Shown: positions 7,707 to 17,410, counted from the first letter of the stretch. The stretch: 64,000 nt of DNA from Gemmatimonadales bacterium (GCA_045403135.1 JAXIPC010000094.1:5013-69012), one strand, 5' to 3'. Notes: a model not told the origin generated them from the sequence alone. Numbers and translations are program-made.

Positions 7707-9230
7707 CTACGGGCTGGTGGCGATGGCTCCCGACGAGGTGAGGCGAACGACAAAGCCGTCCGCGCTGCCGAGACTCAGGAGGCCGAACGGGGCGGTGCTG
7801 CTGTCGAAATTGGGAGCACCGTAGAACCGCCCCGCCAACAGCGCAGTGCCTTGACCGGCGGGAATCATCACGGTTCCCGTGGTGAGACGGTCGGCAGCGG
7901 CCGTCGCCTCGCCGAACGACCTGGCCCAGAGCACGCTCCCGGCCGGCGTGTAGCGCGCGGCGAATGCGTCGCTGCCGGAGGTGGCGAGACTGGTCAGAAT
8001 CTGGGATGACGGGCCGGGGTCGAAGTCCACCGAGCCCCGGAACCCGCCGGTAGCGAGCAGATTCCCGTCGGCGTCGACGGAGAGCCGCGGCGCAATGTCG
8101 GCGCCGACGCCGCCTACGGAGAACACCGTCTGCAGGTTTCCGCTTCCGTCAAAGCGGGCCGCGTACCAGTCGCTGGGGCCCAGGCTGGTGCGTGAGGCAC
8201 TGCCGGCGCCGGGACTGAACACCGTGGTCCCGGCAAAGCTCCCCGACACGGCCACACCGCTGGAGCCGTCCGCAGCCAGCCCTCCGATCTGCACGTCCTC
8301 GTCCGCGATGCCCGACAGGGCCCGGGTCCACCGAAGCGTGCCGGCGGAGCTGTAGCTGGCGACGAATGCGTCCGCCCCGCCCGCCGCGGTCAGCTGCGAC
8401 GTGCTGGTTCCTGGCCCGAAATCGGCGAGGCCGCGAAAGGTGCCCCCGACGACCACCGATCCATTGGTGGTGACCGTGAGCGCGGCGGTCCCATCGTTCT
8501 GCACTCCGCCGATCGAAAAGGCCCAGCGTACCGCGCCGCCCGCATCAAGGGCCAGCACGAATCCGTCGGGGGCCGCGCCGTCGCTCACGACCTGGCCACC
8601 TGGCTCCGGGAGAGCGTCCGCCTCGCCCGCGAAACCACCCGCGGCGTAGACGTTGCCCGCGGCGTCGGCGGCGACGTCGAAGACCATATCCGACGCGGTG
8701 CCGCCGAATCGCCTGGCCCAAAGCAGTCCGCCATTGGCCGAGAAGGCTGCGACGAATCCATCGGTACCGCCCACACTCGTCAGGAATTGGGATCCGGCTC
8801 CCGGGTCGAAGTCGGCGGCGCCCTCGAAGCCTCCGCCCAGCATCAGATTCCCCGTGGCATCGCGCCAGAGCGAGGTGACCGTGTCGGCGCTGCTTCCTCC
8901 GAGTCGCCCCGCCCACACCACGGCGCCAGTCGCGGTGTATTTGGCGAGGAACCCGTCAGAGAGGCCGAGACTGGTCAGGAAGAGGGTGCCGGTGCCCGGA
9001 TCGAAGTCGACGGAGCCGCCGAAGGTTCCGGCAACGTAAACGCTGCCATCGGGGTCCGCGGCGAGATCCGTGACCTGATCGAAGCCGGTGTTTCCGATCC
9101 GCACCGCGAACGACGGAATGATGGTGCCGGGAGGATTGGGTTGGCCCGGAAGATCGGGATCGATGAGCTTGCCTTTGCAGGCGCCGGCCATCAGCGCAAG
9201 GCCCATCAACAGGTACACTGGCTGACGCAT
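7707..9230 (-). CDS. SBBP (beta-propeller) repeat lipoprotein
   Basis: Start at MRQPVYLLMGLALMAGAC (lipobox). Followed by many repeats of the form ..D..GN.Y.AG.F.G..DFDPG.G.. typical of SBBP repeats. Confidence 0.8.
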   Translation of the reverse strand: MRQPVYLLMGLALMAGACKGKLIDPDLPGQPNPPGTIIPSFAVRIGNTGFDQVTDLAADPDGSVYVAGTFGGSVDFDPGTGTLFLTSLGLSDGFLAKYTATGAVVWAGRLGGSSADTVTSLWRDATGNLMLGGGFEGAADFDPGAGSQFLTSVGGTDGFVAAFSANGGLLWARRFGGTASDMVFDVAADAAGNVYAAGGFAGEADALPEPGGQVVSDGAAPDGFVLALDAGGAVRWAFSIGGVQNDGTAALTVTTNGSVVVGGTFRGLADFGPGTSTSQLTAAGGADAFVASYSSAGTLRWTRALSGIADEDVQIGGLAADGSSGVAVSGSFAGTTVFSPGAGSASRTSLGPSDWYAARFDGSGNLQTVFSVGGVGADIAPRLSVDADGNLLATGGFRGSVDFDPGPSSQILTSLATSGSDAFAARYTPAGSVLWARSFGEATAAADRLTTGTVMIPAGQGTALLAGRFYGAPNFDSSTAPFGLLSLGSADGFVVRLTSSGAIATSP

Positions 9231-9310
9231 TTTCTGCCTCCCGGTAGCGAGCGGTACGATACGGAGATTAGCCTTCCACGGTACCCTTCGTCTACGCCTG
9301 GAGCCTCCCG

Positions 9311-11683
9311 ATGCGATGGCTGCCTCCCGCGGCTCTGCTGATTCTTGCACTCCCCCAGTTACCGTTGCCGCTCCCCGCCCAGACGTCGCTGCTCGACTCG
9401 GCCCGCACGCGTCTGGCCCGGCTCGACGGCGAGGTCCGGCTTCCCGGTCTCGATAGCGCGGTCGAAGTGCGCCGGGACCGGTGGGGCGTTCCGCACATCT
9501 ACGCGAGGACTCCCCACGATGTGTTCTTCGCGCAGGGTTACGTGGTGGCGCAGGATCGGCTCTGGCAGATGGAGCTGTGGCGGCGAGCCGGTGAAGGGCG
9601 GCTGGCCGAGGTCCTGGGCCCGTCGTTCGTGGAGCGGGACCGCACCGCGCGGCTGCTCAAGTATCGCGGCGATATGGAGGCGGAGTGGATGAGCTATGCG
9701 GACGACGCGCGATCGATCATCCGTGCGTTCGTCGCGGGGGTGAACGCCCGGATCGCCGAAGTGCGCGATCGCCCGCCCATCGAATTCACGATGCTCGGGT
9801 TTTCCCCGGAGCCCTGGGACGACACGGTGCCCTTGCAGCGGATGGGCGCCCTCTCGATGACCGACAACGCGCTCGAGGAAGTGCGCCGCGCCGCGCTGGT
9901 GAAAGCGCTGGGCACCCGGCGGGTCGCGGAACTGCTCCCGACCGATCCCCCGCGCCCGCTCGACCCGGTACCGGGACTCGACCTGGCCGGAATCGGCGCC
10001 GGCTCGCTCGGCGCCGCGGCGGTGGGTGCCACGATTCCATTGCAGCGCAGCGAGGGCAGCAACAACTGGGTGGTAAGCGGCTCGAAGACCGCCTCCGGGA
10101 AACCCCTTCTGGCCAACGATCCGCATCGCGCCGTTTCGCTGCCGTCGCTGCGCTATCTCACCCATCTGGTCGGCCCGGGGTGGAACGTCATCGGTGCCGG
10201 CGAGCCCGGCGTTCCCGGCGTGGCCGGCGGCCACAACGAGCGGGTGGGCTTCGGATTCACCATCGTGGGCATGGACCAGCAGGACGTCTACGTCGAGCGG
10301 GTGAGCGTCTGCCCCGGTTTTCGCCGCCGCCGCGCGGCGCGCGAAGGCACCGCGCCGCGCTGCGCCTGGCACAACGATCGGTGGGTGCCGCTCGCCGTGG
10401 TGCACGACACCATCCGGATCAAGGGTGAGACGCCCCGGGTGGTGCGCCTGGAGTTTTCCCACCACGGCCCGATCGTGGGCGAGGATAGCGCCCGGGGACG
10501 CGCCTTTGCGCTCCGGTTCGTGGGGAGCGAGCCCGGAACGGCGGGGTACCTGGCGCAGCTCAGCCTGGACCGGGCCGGGGACTGGGACGCATTCCGGCGC
10601 GCCGCCGCCCGGTGGAAGCTGCCCACCGAGAACCTAGTGTACGGAGACGTGGACGGGAACATCGGCTGGATCGCGGCCGGACTCATGCCGATCCGCTCGT
10701 GGAGCGGGTTGCTCCCCGTTCCGGGCGACGGGAGGTATGAGTGGCAGGGTTTCCTGCCCTTCGATGAGCTGCCCACGGCGTTCAATCCGCCCACGGGCTT
10801 CATCGCCACCGCCAATCACAACATCCTGCCGCCGGGATACGGCAAACCTCTCACCTACGATTGGGCCGAGCCGTTCCGCTACAACCGTCTGGTGGAGGTG
10901 CTGCGCGACTCCGCGGGATTCACCCGGCGCGATTTCGAGCGGCTGCAGCACGACGAGCTCTCCTTGCCGGCGCGCGCCCTGATTCCGGTCCTCCTGGCCG
11001 CGCGCCGTGCGGATTCCGCGGCGCGCGGGAGGAACGCCGCGTTCACCGTGGCGCTCGACTCGCTGGCGGTGTGGGACTACGTCATGCGGCGGGAGCAGGC
11101 GGCACCGCTCATTTATCAGGCCTGGCTGCGCGCGTTGCGAAGCCGGGTGCTGGAGCGCCGGCTGGGCGCCGCGGCCCGCATCCCGGGTGTTGCCCTGGGG
11201 ACGCGAACACTGATCTCACTGGTGACGGCTCCCGATTCGCTCTTCGGAAGAAAGCCGGTGGCCGCGCGCGATTCACTCGCGCTCCTGGCGCTCGCCGATG
11301 CGACGGCGGTGTTGACGAGGGACTTTGGCGGGGACCCCGCGCAATGGCATTGGGGCGCGGTACACCAGGTCAACTTCCGTCACCCGCTCGCGGGCGCATT
11401 CGATATCGGCTCGGTGGCACGCGGCGGGGACGGCAACACGGTGAACGCTACCGGCGGGAACAACTTCCGGCAAACCACCGGCGCCTCGTACCGGATCGTG
11501 GTGGACTTCGCGAACTTCGACAATTCCACCGCGACCAGCGTGCCAGGGCAGTCGGGCCAGCCCGGAGCCAAGTTCTACGGCAACCTGCTGCCCCTCTGGG
11601 GGGAAGGGAAGTACTTCCCGCTGGTGTACACCCGCGCGGCGGTCGAGCGGGAGACCGAGCACATCCTCTGGCTCAGACCGTGA
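9311..11683 (+). CDS. penicillin acylase family (S45 Ntn-hydrolase) protein, possibly acyl-homoserine-lactone/beta-lactam acylase
   Basis: Signal peptide. Autoprocessing site and N-terminal nucleophile region ..QRSEG/SNNWVVSGSKTASGKPLLANDPH. 790 aa. Confidence 0.9.
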   Translation: MRWLPPAALLILALPQLPLPLPAQTSLLDSARTRLARLDGEVRLPGLDSAVEVRRDRWGVPHIYARTPHDVFFAQGYVVAQDRLWQMELWRRAGEGRLAEVLGPSFVERDRTARLLKYRGDMEAEWMSYADDARSIIRAFVAGVNARIAEVRDRPPIEFTMLGFSPEPWDDTVPLQRMGALSMTDNALEEVRRAALVKALGTRRVAELLPTDPPRPLDPVPGLDLAGIGAGSLGAAAVGATIPLQRSEGSNNWVVSGSKTASGKPLLANDPHRAVSLPSLRYLTHLVGPGWNVIGAGEPGVPGVAGGHNERVGFGFTIVGMDQQDVYVERVSVCPGFRRRRAAREGTAPRCAWHNDRWVPLAVVHDTIRIKGETPRVVRLEFSHHGPIVGEDSARGRAFALRFVGSEPGTAGYLAQLSLDRAGDWDAFRRAAARWKLPTENLVYGDVDGNIGWIAAGLMPIRSWSGLLPVPGDGRYEWQGFLPFDELPTAFNPPTGFIATANHNILPPGYGKPLTYDWAEPFRYNRLVEVLRDSAGFTRRDFERLQHDELSLPARALIPVLLAARRADSAARGRNAAFTVALDSLAVWDYVMRREQAAPLIYQAWLRALRSRVLERRLGAAARIPGVALGTRTLISLVTAPDSLFGRKPVAARDSLALLALADATAVLTRDFGGDPAQWHWGAVHQVNFRHPLAGAFDIGSVARGGDGNTVNATGGNNFRQTTGASYRIVVDFANFDNSTATSVPGQSGQPGAKFYGNLLPLWGEGKYFPLVYTRAAVERETEHILWLRP

Positions 11684-11684
11684 C

Positions 11685-12803
11685 TCAAGGCTTCTTCAGC
11701 ACCCGTGCCAGCAGGCGGCGCACCCCGTCAAGCGGAATCGCCTCGACCCGGTTTCCGCCGCCGGTCACCGTGGTGGCCATGAGGAGCGCGTTGTAGACGG
11801 CCTCCTCCGTCGCTTCGGTGACGGCGGTGAAGAGGGGACTCATCTCGTCGTTGCCGAGCTCCTGCAAGGAGAGCCGCGCCGCGCCGCGGGCTCTTCGCAC
11901 CGACGGATTGGTCGAGAAGGCGATGACGTAGTCTCCCGATCCGTTCGATGCCGACGATCCGGTGCGACCCAAACCCATCATCGCGCGCGAGGCGACCCGG
12001 CGGAGGTTTCGGTCGGCGATCGGGGCATCCGTGGCCACCACCATGATGATCGAGCCGTCGCCGCCCCGGTTCGTTGCCCCGCGCGTCACGCCGCTCCGCC
12101 CCAGCTCGCGCCCGACCGGCACTCCCAGGATGGTCAGATCGCCTCCGTGGTTGGCCTGGACCAGGACGCCTACCGTCCAGCCCCCGGCACCGGTCACCCG
12201 CGACGAGGTCCCGATCCCGCCCTTCCATTGATAGGCGATCGTGCCGGTGCCCGCCCCCACGCTGCCTTCCGCCACGGCGCCGGTATCCGCGGCCGTCAGC
12301 GCGGCACGGACGTGCGCCTCGGTGACGGGGCGGAGCCGGATGGCGTTGAGGAACCCGTCGTTGGTTTCGCCCACCACCGGATTGATCGAGCGCACCTCCG
12401 CCATGCCGGGCTGCTCCAGCATCCAGGCGACCAGGGCATCCGCCGCCCGCCAGACGCAGAGCGTACAGGTGAGCAGAATCGGGGATTCCAGCTCGCCCAG
12501 CTCATTCACCTGGGTCGAGCCGAGCAGCTTGCCGAATCCGTTGCCGACGTGGATCGCGGCAGGCACCCGATCGAGGAAGAGGTTGCCGCCATGGGGAAGT
12601 ATGGCCGTGACGCCGGTGCGGACCGAGTCACCGAGACGGACCGTCGCGTGTCCCACGCGCACGCCGGCCACGTCGGTGATCGCGTTGCGTGGGCCGGGTT
12701 GCTGCACGCCCGGCGCGATGCCCAGCTCACGGGCGCGGGCCCGCTCCTGCGCCGGGAGCAGCGCGGGGACGAGAAGCAGGATGGTGGCGAGCGGCAGGCG
12801 CAT
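11685..12803 (-). CDS. P1/S58 family peptidase (DmpA-type aminopeptidase)
   Basis: Signal peptide MRLPLATILLLVPALLPAQ. Overall DmpA-like sequence including GSVGAGTGTIAYQWKGGIGTSS. Confidence 0.85.
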   Translation of the reverse strand: MRLPLATILLLVPALLPAQERARARELGIAPGVQQPGPRNAITDVAGVRVGHATVRLGDSVRTGVTAILPHGGNLFLDRVPAAIHVGNGFGKLLGSTQVNELGELESPILLTCTLCVWRAADALVAWMLEQPGMAEVRSINPVVGETNDGFLNAIRLRPVTEAHVRAALTAADTGAVAEGSVGAGTGTIAYQWKGGIGTSSRVTGAGGWTVGVLVQANHGGDLTILGVPVGRELGRSGVTRGATNRGGDGSIIMVVATDAPIADRNLRRVASRAMMGLGRTGSSASNGSGDYVIAFSTNPSVRRARGAARLSLQELGNDEMSPLFTAVTEATEEAVYNALLMATTVTGGGNRVEAIPLDGVRRLLARVLKKP

Positions 12804-12816
12804 GGTCCCTCCCGGA

Positions 12817-14286
12817 TTATCCCAGTACGATCGGCGCCAGGAAGTAGATCACGGCCACGATCACCCCGATCGACGCCGCGTCCAGCAGCAGTCCAGCCCT
12901 CGCCATCTGGCGCACGGTGATTTGTCCGGAGCCGTACACGATGGCATTGGGCGGGGTGGCCACCGGCAAGGCGAACCCGACCGAAGCCGCGAACCCGGCC
13001 ACCAGCATCACCACGACCGGCGGCTGGCCAACCGAGGCGCCGAGGGCCGCGGCAATCGGCATGGTCATGGCCGCCACGGCCAGGTTCGAGGCCAGCTCGC
13101 TCAGGATGACGACGATGGCCGCCAACCCCAGGAAGATCACCACCGGAGGCAGGTCCTTGAGCCGCTCCAGGCCGGCGCCCATCCAGGTAGTGATGCCGTT
13201 CGCCTCGATGGCCTGGGCCAGCGTGAGTCCGCCGCCGAAAAACACCAGGACGTCCCAGGGGATTCGCTTGGCCTCGGTCCAGGTAAGGAGGGGGCGCCGC
13301 GCTCCGTTCCGGGAAACGCCCTGCACGACAAAGAGCAGTACCGCCGCGGTGACCCCGATGGACGCGTCGGAGATTCTCGGAAAGAGGTCCACCAGCCCCG
13401 GTATGGTGAATCCACCGAACTCCTTCCTCTCCCGCAGAAACCAGGCGAGCGCGGTCAGGAAGAAGATGACCAGCACCCTCGCCTCGCCGCCGCGGACCGG
13501 GCCCAGGCCGGCGAGCCGGCTCTTGAGGACGTCGTCGGCTCCGCCGCCAATGCGCGCCCGGGCGGGAAACGAGACGAAGACTAGGATGATCCAGCACACC
13601 GGTAGCAGGATCAGCGTGATCGGCAACCCCAGCGCCATGAACTCGACGAAGCTGATGCTGGTGCCGGTGAGCTCGCGGATCGCTCCGGCAACGACCAGGT
13701 TGGGCGGCGTCCCGATCAGGGTGGCCATGCCGCCGATCGAGGCGGCATAGGCGACGCCCAGCATCAGCGCCGTGCGGGTGTTGTTGCCCTCCCGGTCGGC
13801 GGTGAAGAGGGCGCCGATGGCCATCGCGATGGGGTACATCATCGCCGCGGTGGCGGTGTTCGAGATCCACATCGAGATGAAGCCGGTGGCGAGCATCACC
13901 CCGAGCACCACCCGGCGTCCGGAGAGTCCAATGGCCAGGACCATCCGGTAAGCCACCCGCGCGTGGCTCTCCCAGTGTTCCAGGGCCGCGGCGAGCAGGA
14001 AACCGGCCAGGAAGAGAAAGACGAGATCGTTGGCATACGGCGCCGCCGCGTCACGCGAGGAGGCGACTCCGAGCAGCGGAAACAGGGCGAGCGGCAGCAG
14101 GGAAGTTGCCAGGATCGGCGCACACTCGGTAATCCACCAGGTCACCATCCACGCCGTGATGGCGAGGGTCCGGCGCCCCTCCGGCGTGAGATCCGACGGG
14201 CCCAGCAGCAGCACGAGCCCGAACAGGAGCGGACCGGCGAGCTGGGCCGCCGTGCGAAGGCGGGGGGCTGCCGCGATCTCGGTCAT
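12817..14286 (-). CDS. SLC13/DASS family anion:sodium symporter
   Basis: Polytopic 489-aa protein with the duplicated SNT/SN hairpin motifs (ISMWISNTATAAMM and ELASNLAVAAMTMPI). Confidence 0.9.
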   Translation of the reverse strand: MTEIAAAPRLRTAAQLAGPLLFGLVLLLGPSDLTPEGRRTLAITAWMVTWWITECAPILATSLLPLALFPLLGVASSRDAAAPYANDLVFLFLAGFLLAAALEHWESHARVAYRMVLAIGLSGRRVVLGVMLATGFISMWISNTATAAMMYPIAMAIGALFTADREGNNTRTALMLGVAYAASIGGMATLIGTPPNLVVAGAIRELTGTSISFVEFMALGLPITLILLPVCWIILVFVSFPARARIGGGADDVLKSRLAGLGPVRGGEARVLVIFFLTALAWFLRERKEFGGFTIPGLVDLFPRISDASIGVTAAVLLFVVQGVSRNGARRPLLTWTEAKRIPWDVLVFFGGGLTLAQAIEANGITTWMGAGLERLKDLPPVVIFLGLAAIVVILSELASNLAVAAMTMPIAAALGASVGQPPVVVMLVAGFAASVGFALPVATPPNAIVYGSGQITVRQMARAGLLLDAASIGVIVAVIYFLAPIVLG

Positions 14287-14318
14287 GACGCCCGGGGTGA
14301 GGGTTGAAGGCCTACGGC

Positions 14319-14765
14319 TCAGTCTGTCAGGGGGAGGTCGTAGTGGCAGTACTCATGATCCCGCCGCCAGCCGTACGACTCGTAGAGGCGCTGGGCGGTC
14401 AGGTTGGTTCGTTCGGTGGCCAGCTGAAGACCACCGGCGCCGGTTTCGATGGCGTGAAGCCTGGCCCGCTCGAGCAGCGCGCGTCCCACGCCGCTCTTGC
14501 GATGCTCGGTGGCCACGAAGAGATCGTTGAGGATCCAGGCCCGGCACGCCGCTACCGACCAGAAGCTTGGATAGAGCTGCACGAACCCGACGCCCCGACC
14601 GTCGGCCAACGCCAGAAAGATGACCGATTCACCCGCTGCGAGACGCTCGCGCAGGAAGCGCTCCGCCCGGTCTAGGTCTCCGGGCTGACGATAGAATTGC
14701 CGGTAGGCGTCGAACAGCGGAACCAGGAGCGGGAGATCGTCGAGGGTGGCGCGGCGGAGGTCCAT
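14319..14765 (-). CDS. GNAT family N-acetyltransferase
   Basis: Start at MDLRRATLDDLPLL.. (14765). Acetyl-CoA binding motif ..EHRKSGVGRALLERA.. Confidence 0.85.
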   Translation of the reverse strand: MDLRRATLDDLPLLVPLFDAYRQFYRQPGDLDRAERFLRERLAAGESVIFLALADGRGVGFVQLYPSFWSVAACRAWILNDLFVATEHRKSGVGRALLERARLHAIETGAGGLQLATERTNLTAQRLYESYGWRRDHEYCHYDLPLTD

Positions 14766-14846
14766 GGTGCCGTAGTATATCGTCGCGGGGATGCCCTGTC
14801 CTATGCCGGCCCGGCCCGGGACACTCACCGGGTACCTGGGGTGAGA

Positions 14847-15362
14847 ATGAATCGTGACGAACTCGAGGCCGAGCTGGCACGAATGCACCCCGACGCCTTT
14901 GCCTGGGCGCTCCGTTGCGCATTCGGAGTCCGGGAGGATGCCGAGGATTCATTGCATACCGCCTACGAGCGAATCCTCGGCGGCAAGGCCCGTTTCGACG
15001 GGCGATCCAGCCTGCGAACCTGGCTCTTTGGCGTGGTGCGGAGGACGGCGCTCGAGCAGCGGCACAAGGGTTGGCTCCGGCTCACTCGGTTGCGGCGCTG
15101 GTTCGACAGGGGCGACGTCCCGTGGCAGACCACGAATCCCGCCGGCTCCCTGGTGGAAGCCGAGGCCGCGGAGCGGCTCGCTCTGGCACTGAGACGGCTC
15201 TCGGAACGGCAGCGAGCCGTCCTGCACCTGGTGTTCTATCAGGAGATGAGCGTTCAGGACGCAGCGTCGGTCCTGGGGATCCCGGTGGGCACCGCCAGGA
15301 CGCACTACGAACGGGGAAAGACACGACTCAGGGCATTGCTCGAGCCGGAGGTGCCGACATGA
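14847..15362 (+). CDS. ECF-type RNA polymerase sigma factor
   Basis: Start at MNRDELEAELARMHPDAF.. (14847). Region 2 and region 4 present (LSERQRAVLHLVFYQEMSVQDAASVLGIPVGTARTHYERGKTRL). Confidence 0.9.
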   Translation: MNRDELEAELARMHPDAFAWALRCAFGVREDAEDSLHTAYERILGGKARFDGRSSLRTWLFGVVRRTALEQRHKGWLRLTRLRRWFDRGDVPWQTTNPAGSLVEAEAAERLALALRRLSERQRAVLHLVFYQEMSVQDAASVLGIPVGTARTHYERGKTRLRALLEPEVPT

Positions 15363-15757
15363 CCGATGGCGATCGCGATCTGCACGAGGCCTTCCAGGTC
15401 TCTCGCTCGGCCGAACGGGCCGCGGCGCCGCCGTTCCGGCGGGTGTTGGAGGGCCGCCCGGGACCGGGGAGGCCACGCAGCCCGATTCGGGCCCTCCTCC
15501 TCGCAGGCGGGGGGGCGGCGCTGGTGATCGTGGCGGTGGTCCTCGCCAGGTCCGGCAGGTCCGAGTCGGAGCGGGAGCTTGCCCGGCGGGTCATGACCTG
15601 GCGGAGTCCCACGGATTTCCTGCTCCCGGCCAATGCGGCCGGCCTGCTTTCCTTCGTGCCCCGGATCGGCGAAGCACCGGCCGGCTCACCGCTCCACGCA
15701 CTCGACCCCGGCAGTGTACTTGGTCCCCCGATTCTCACACGGAGTCCCCGATCATGA
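15359..15757 (+). CDS. putative membrane-anchored anti-sigma factor
   Basis: ATGA overlap with the sigma gene. 132 aa with a single TM (ALLLAGGGAALVIVAVVLA). The call rests on position only; no zinc-finger anti-sigma motif seen. Confidence 0.5.
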   Translation: MTDGDRDLHEAFQVSRSAERAAAPPFRRVLEGRPGPGRPRSPIRALLLAGGGAALVIVAVVLARSGRSESERELARRVMTWRSPTDFLLPANAAGLLSFVPRIGEAPAGSPLHALDPGSVLGPPILTRSPRS

Positions 15758-16227
15758 AACGTATGCTCGTCGTCACGGTTCTCGTGTTCGCGCTGGGATC
15801 GACCGCACTCCCGGCCCAGGGCCCGAGGCCCGAAGACCCCCTGGCCCAGCTGCTCTTCGATCCGCAGTTGGTGCTCAAGTTCGCCAAGGAGCTCTCCCTG
15901 CAGGCGGCCCAGCGCACCACGATCGTCAACGCCATCAAGGAGGCCCAGGGCCGCATCCTCGACCTGCAGCTCCAGATGGCGGAGCGGCACGAGGAATTGG
16001 TCAAGGCAATGGAGCCACAACGGGTGGATGAAAAGGCGGCGATGGCGCGCGCCGAATCGGTTCTGGGACTCGAGCGGGAGATGAAGCAGGAGCAGCTGCA
16101 ACTGCTCATCCGGATCAAGAACGCGCTTACGCGGGAGCAGCAGGACCGGCTTCGTGAGCTCCGTAAGGCGATGACCAAGGCGGGCATGGGGTTTGAGCCG
16201 GCTGGACAATCCTTCGCACGGAGGTAG
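15754..16227 (+). CDS. periplasmic Spy/CpxP-like (LTXXQ motif) protein
   Basis: ATGA overlap with the previous gene. Signal peptide, helical and charged, with an LTREQ (LTXXQ) motif in ..NALTREQQDRLRELRKAM.. Confidence 0.7.
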   Translation: MKRMLVVTVLVFALGSTALPAQGPRPEDPLAQLLFDPQLVLKFAKELSLQAAQRTTIVNAIKEAQGRILDLQLQMAERHEELVKAMEPQRVDEKAAMARAESVLGLEREMKQEQLQLLIRIKNALTREQQDRLRELRKAMTKAGMGFEPAGQSFARR

Positions 16228-16264
16228 ATTCGACCCACACACTGGCAAACGTCGGGGTACACCC

Positions 16265-17410
16265 ATGACACCGCCACTTTCCTCCGGTGCAGTTCGCGCG
16301 CTGGCATTCTTCGCTGCACTGACCTCAGCATGCACGGCTGGCGGCAGCGGCGGGGCGAATGTCCGGATCTATTACGTGGCAGCCGAGAATGTGGACTGGG
16401 ACTTCGCGCCGAGCGGCACCAACCTGATCACCGGAGCTCCCTTCTCTCAATTCGACAGCCTGGTATTCCTGCCGCAGCGGGAGGCGATCGGCCGGGTCTA
16501 CCGGAAGGCGATCTACCGGGAGTACACCGATTCGACGTTTACCACGCCGAAGCCCCGGGCGCCGGAATGGGAACACCTGGGCATCCTGGGGCCGCTGCTC
16601 CGCGCGGTGGTCGGCGACACGATTCGGGTGGTCTTCCGGAACAAGGCCGACCGCCCCTACAGCATGCATCCGCACGGAGTCTTCTACAACAAGGACTCGG
16701 AGGGGGCACCATACGCCGACGGGAGCGGGGAGGCGAACAGCAAGGATGACGGGGTGCCGCCGGGTGGGACCCACGTCTACCTGTGGCCGGTGCCGGAGCG
16801 GGCCGGTCCGGCCCACGGTGAGCTGAGCTCGGTGGTCTGGATGTACCACTCCCACACCCACGAAGAGCAGGACGTCAACGCCGGCCTGATCGGGCCGATG
16901 GTCGTGACCGCGGCCGGGATGGCGCGGGCCGACGGGTCACCCACCGACGTGGACCGCGAATTCGTGGTGGCTTTCCTGGAGATGGACGAGAACGTGAGCT
17001 GGTACTTCGAGCACAACGTGACGACCTACGCCAAGGAACCGGCCAGGGTGCCCCGCTTTGTCTCGTTCTCCGATATTCACTACATCGGCAATCTGCGGGA
17101 GTCGCTGAACGGATTCTCCCTGGGGCACCTCAAGGGACTGACGATGAAGGCGGGAGAACGGGTGCGCTGGTACGTCTTCGCCAACGCGAACTTCGAGATG
17201 CACGCGCCGCACTGGCACGGAAACACGGTGGTGGCCAATCACATGCGCACCGACGTGCTCAGCCTGACGACGATGGAGATGGTGACGGCGGACATGGTGC
17301 CGGACAATCCCGGCACCTGGCTCTTCCACTGCCATGTGGCGCCCCACCAGCTGGTGGGGATGCTGGCAACCTTTACGGTGCAACCACGAGATTCAGCAGC
17401 CGGTCGTTGA
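16265..17410 (+). CDS. ceruloplasmin/hephaestin-like multicopper oxidase
   Basis: Start at MTPPLSSGAVRALAFFAALTSAC. IYYVAAENVDWDFAPSG resembles the ceruloplasmin domain start. Copper ligand motifs present: HPHG, WMYHSHTH, HAPHWHG, HCHVAPHQLVGM. Confidence 0.85.
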   Translation: MTPPLSSGAVRALAFFAALTSACTAGGSGGANVRIYYVAAENVDWDFAPSGTNLITGAPFSQFDSLVFLPQREAIGRVYRKAIYREYTDSTFTTPKPRAPEWEHLGILGPLLRAVVGDTIRVVFRNKADRPYSMHPHGVFYNKDSEGAPYADGSGEANSKDDGVPPGGTHVYLWPVPERAGPAHGELSSVVWMYHSHTHEEQDVNAGLIGPMVVTAAGMARADGSPTDVDREFVVAFLEMDENVSWYFEHNVTTYAKEPARVPRFVSFSDIHYIGNLRESLNGFSLGHLKGLTMKAGERVRWYVFANANFEMHAPHWHGNTVVANHMRTDVLSLTTMEMVTADMVPDNPGTWLFHCHVAPHQLVGMLATFTVQPRDSAAGR

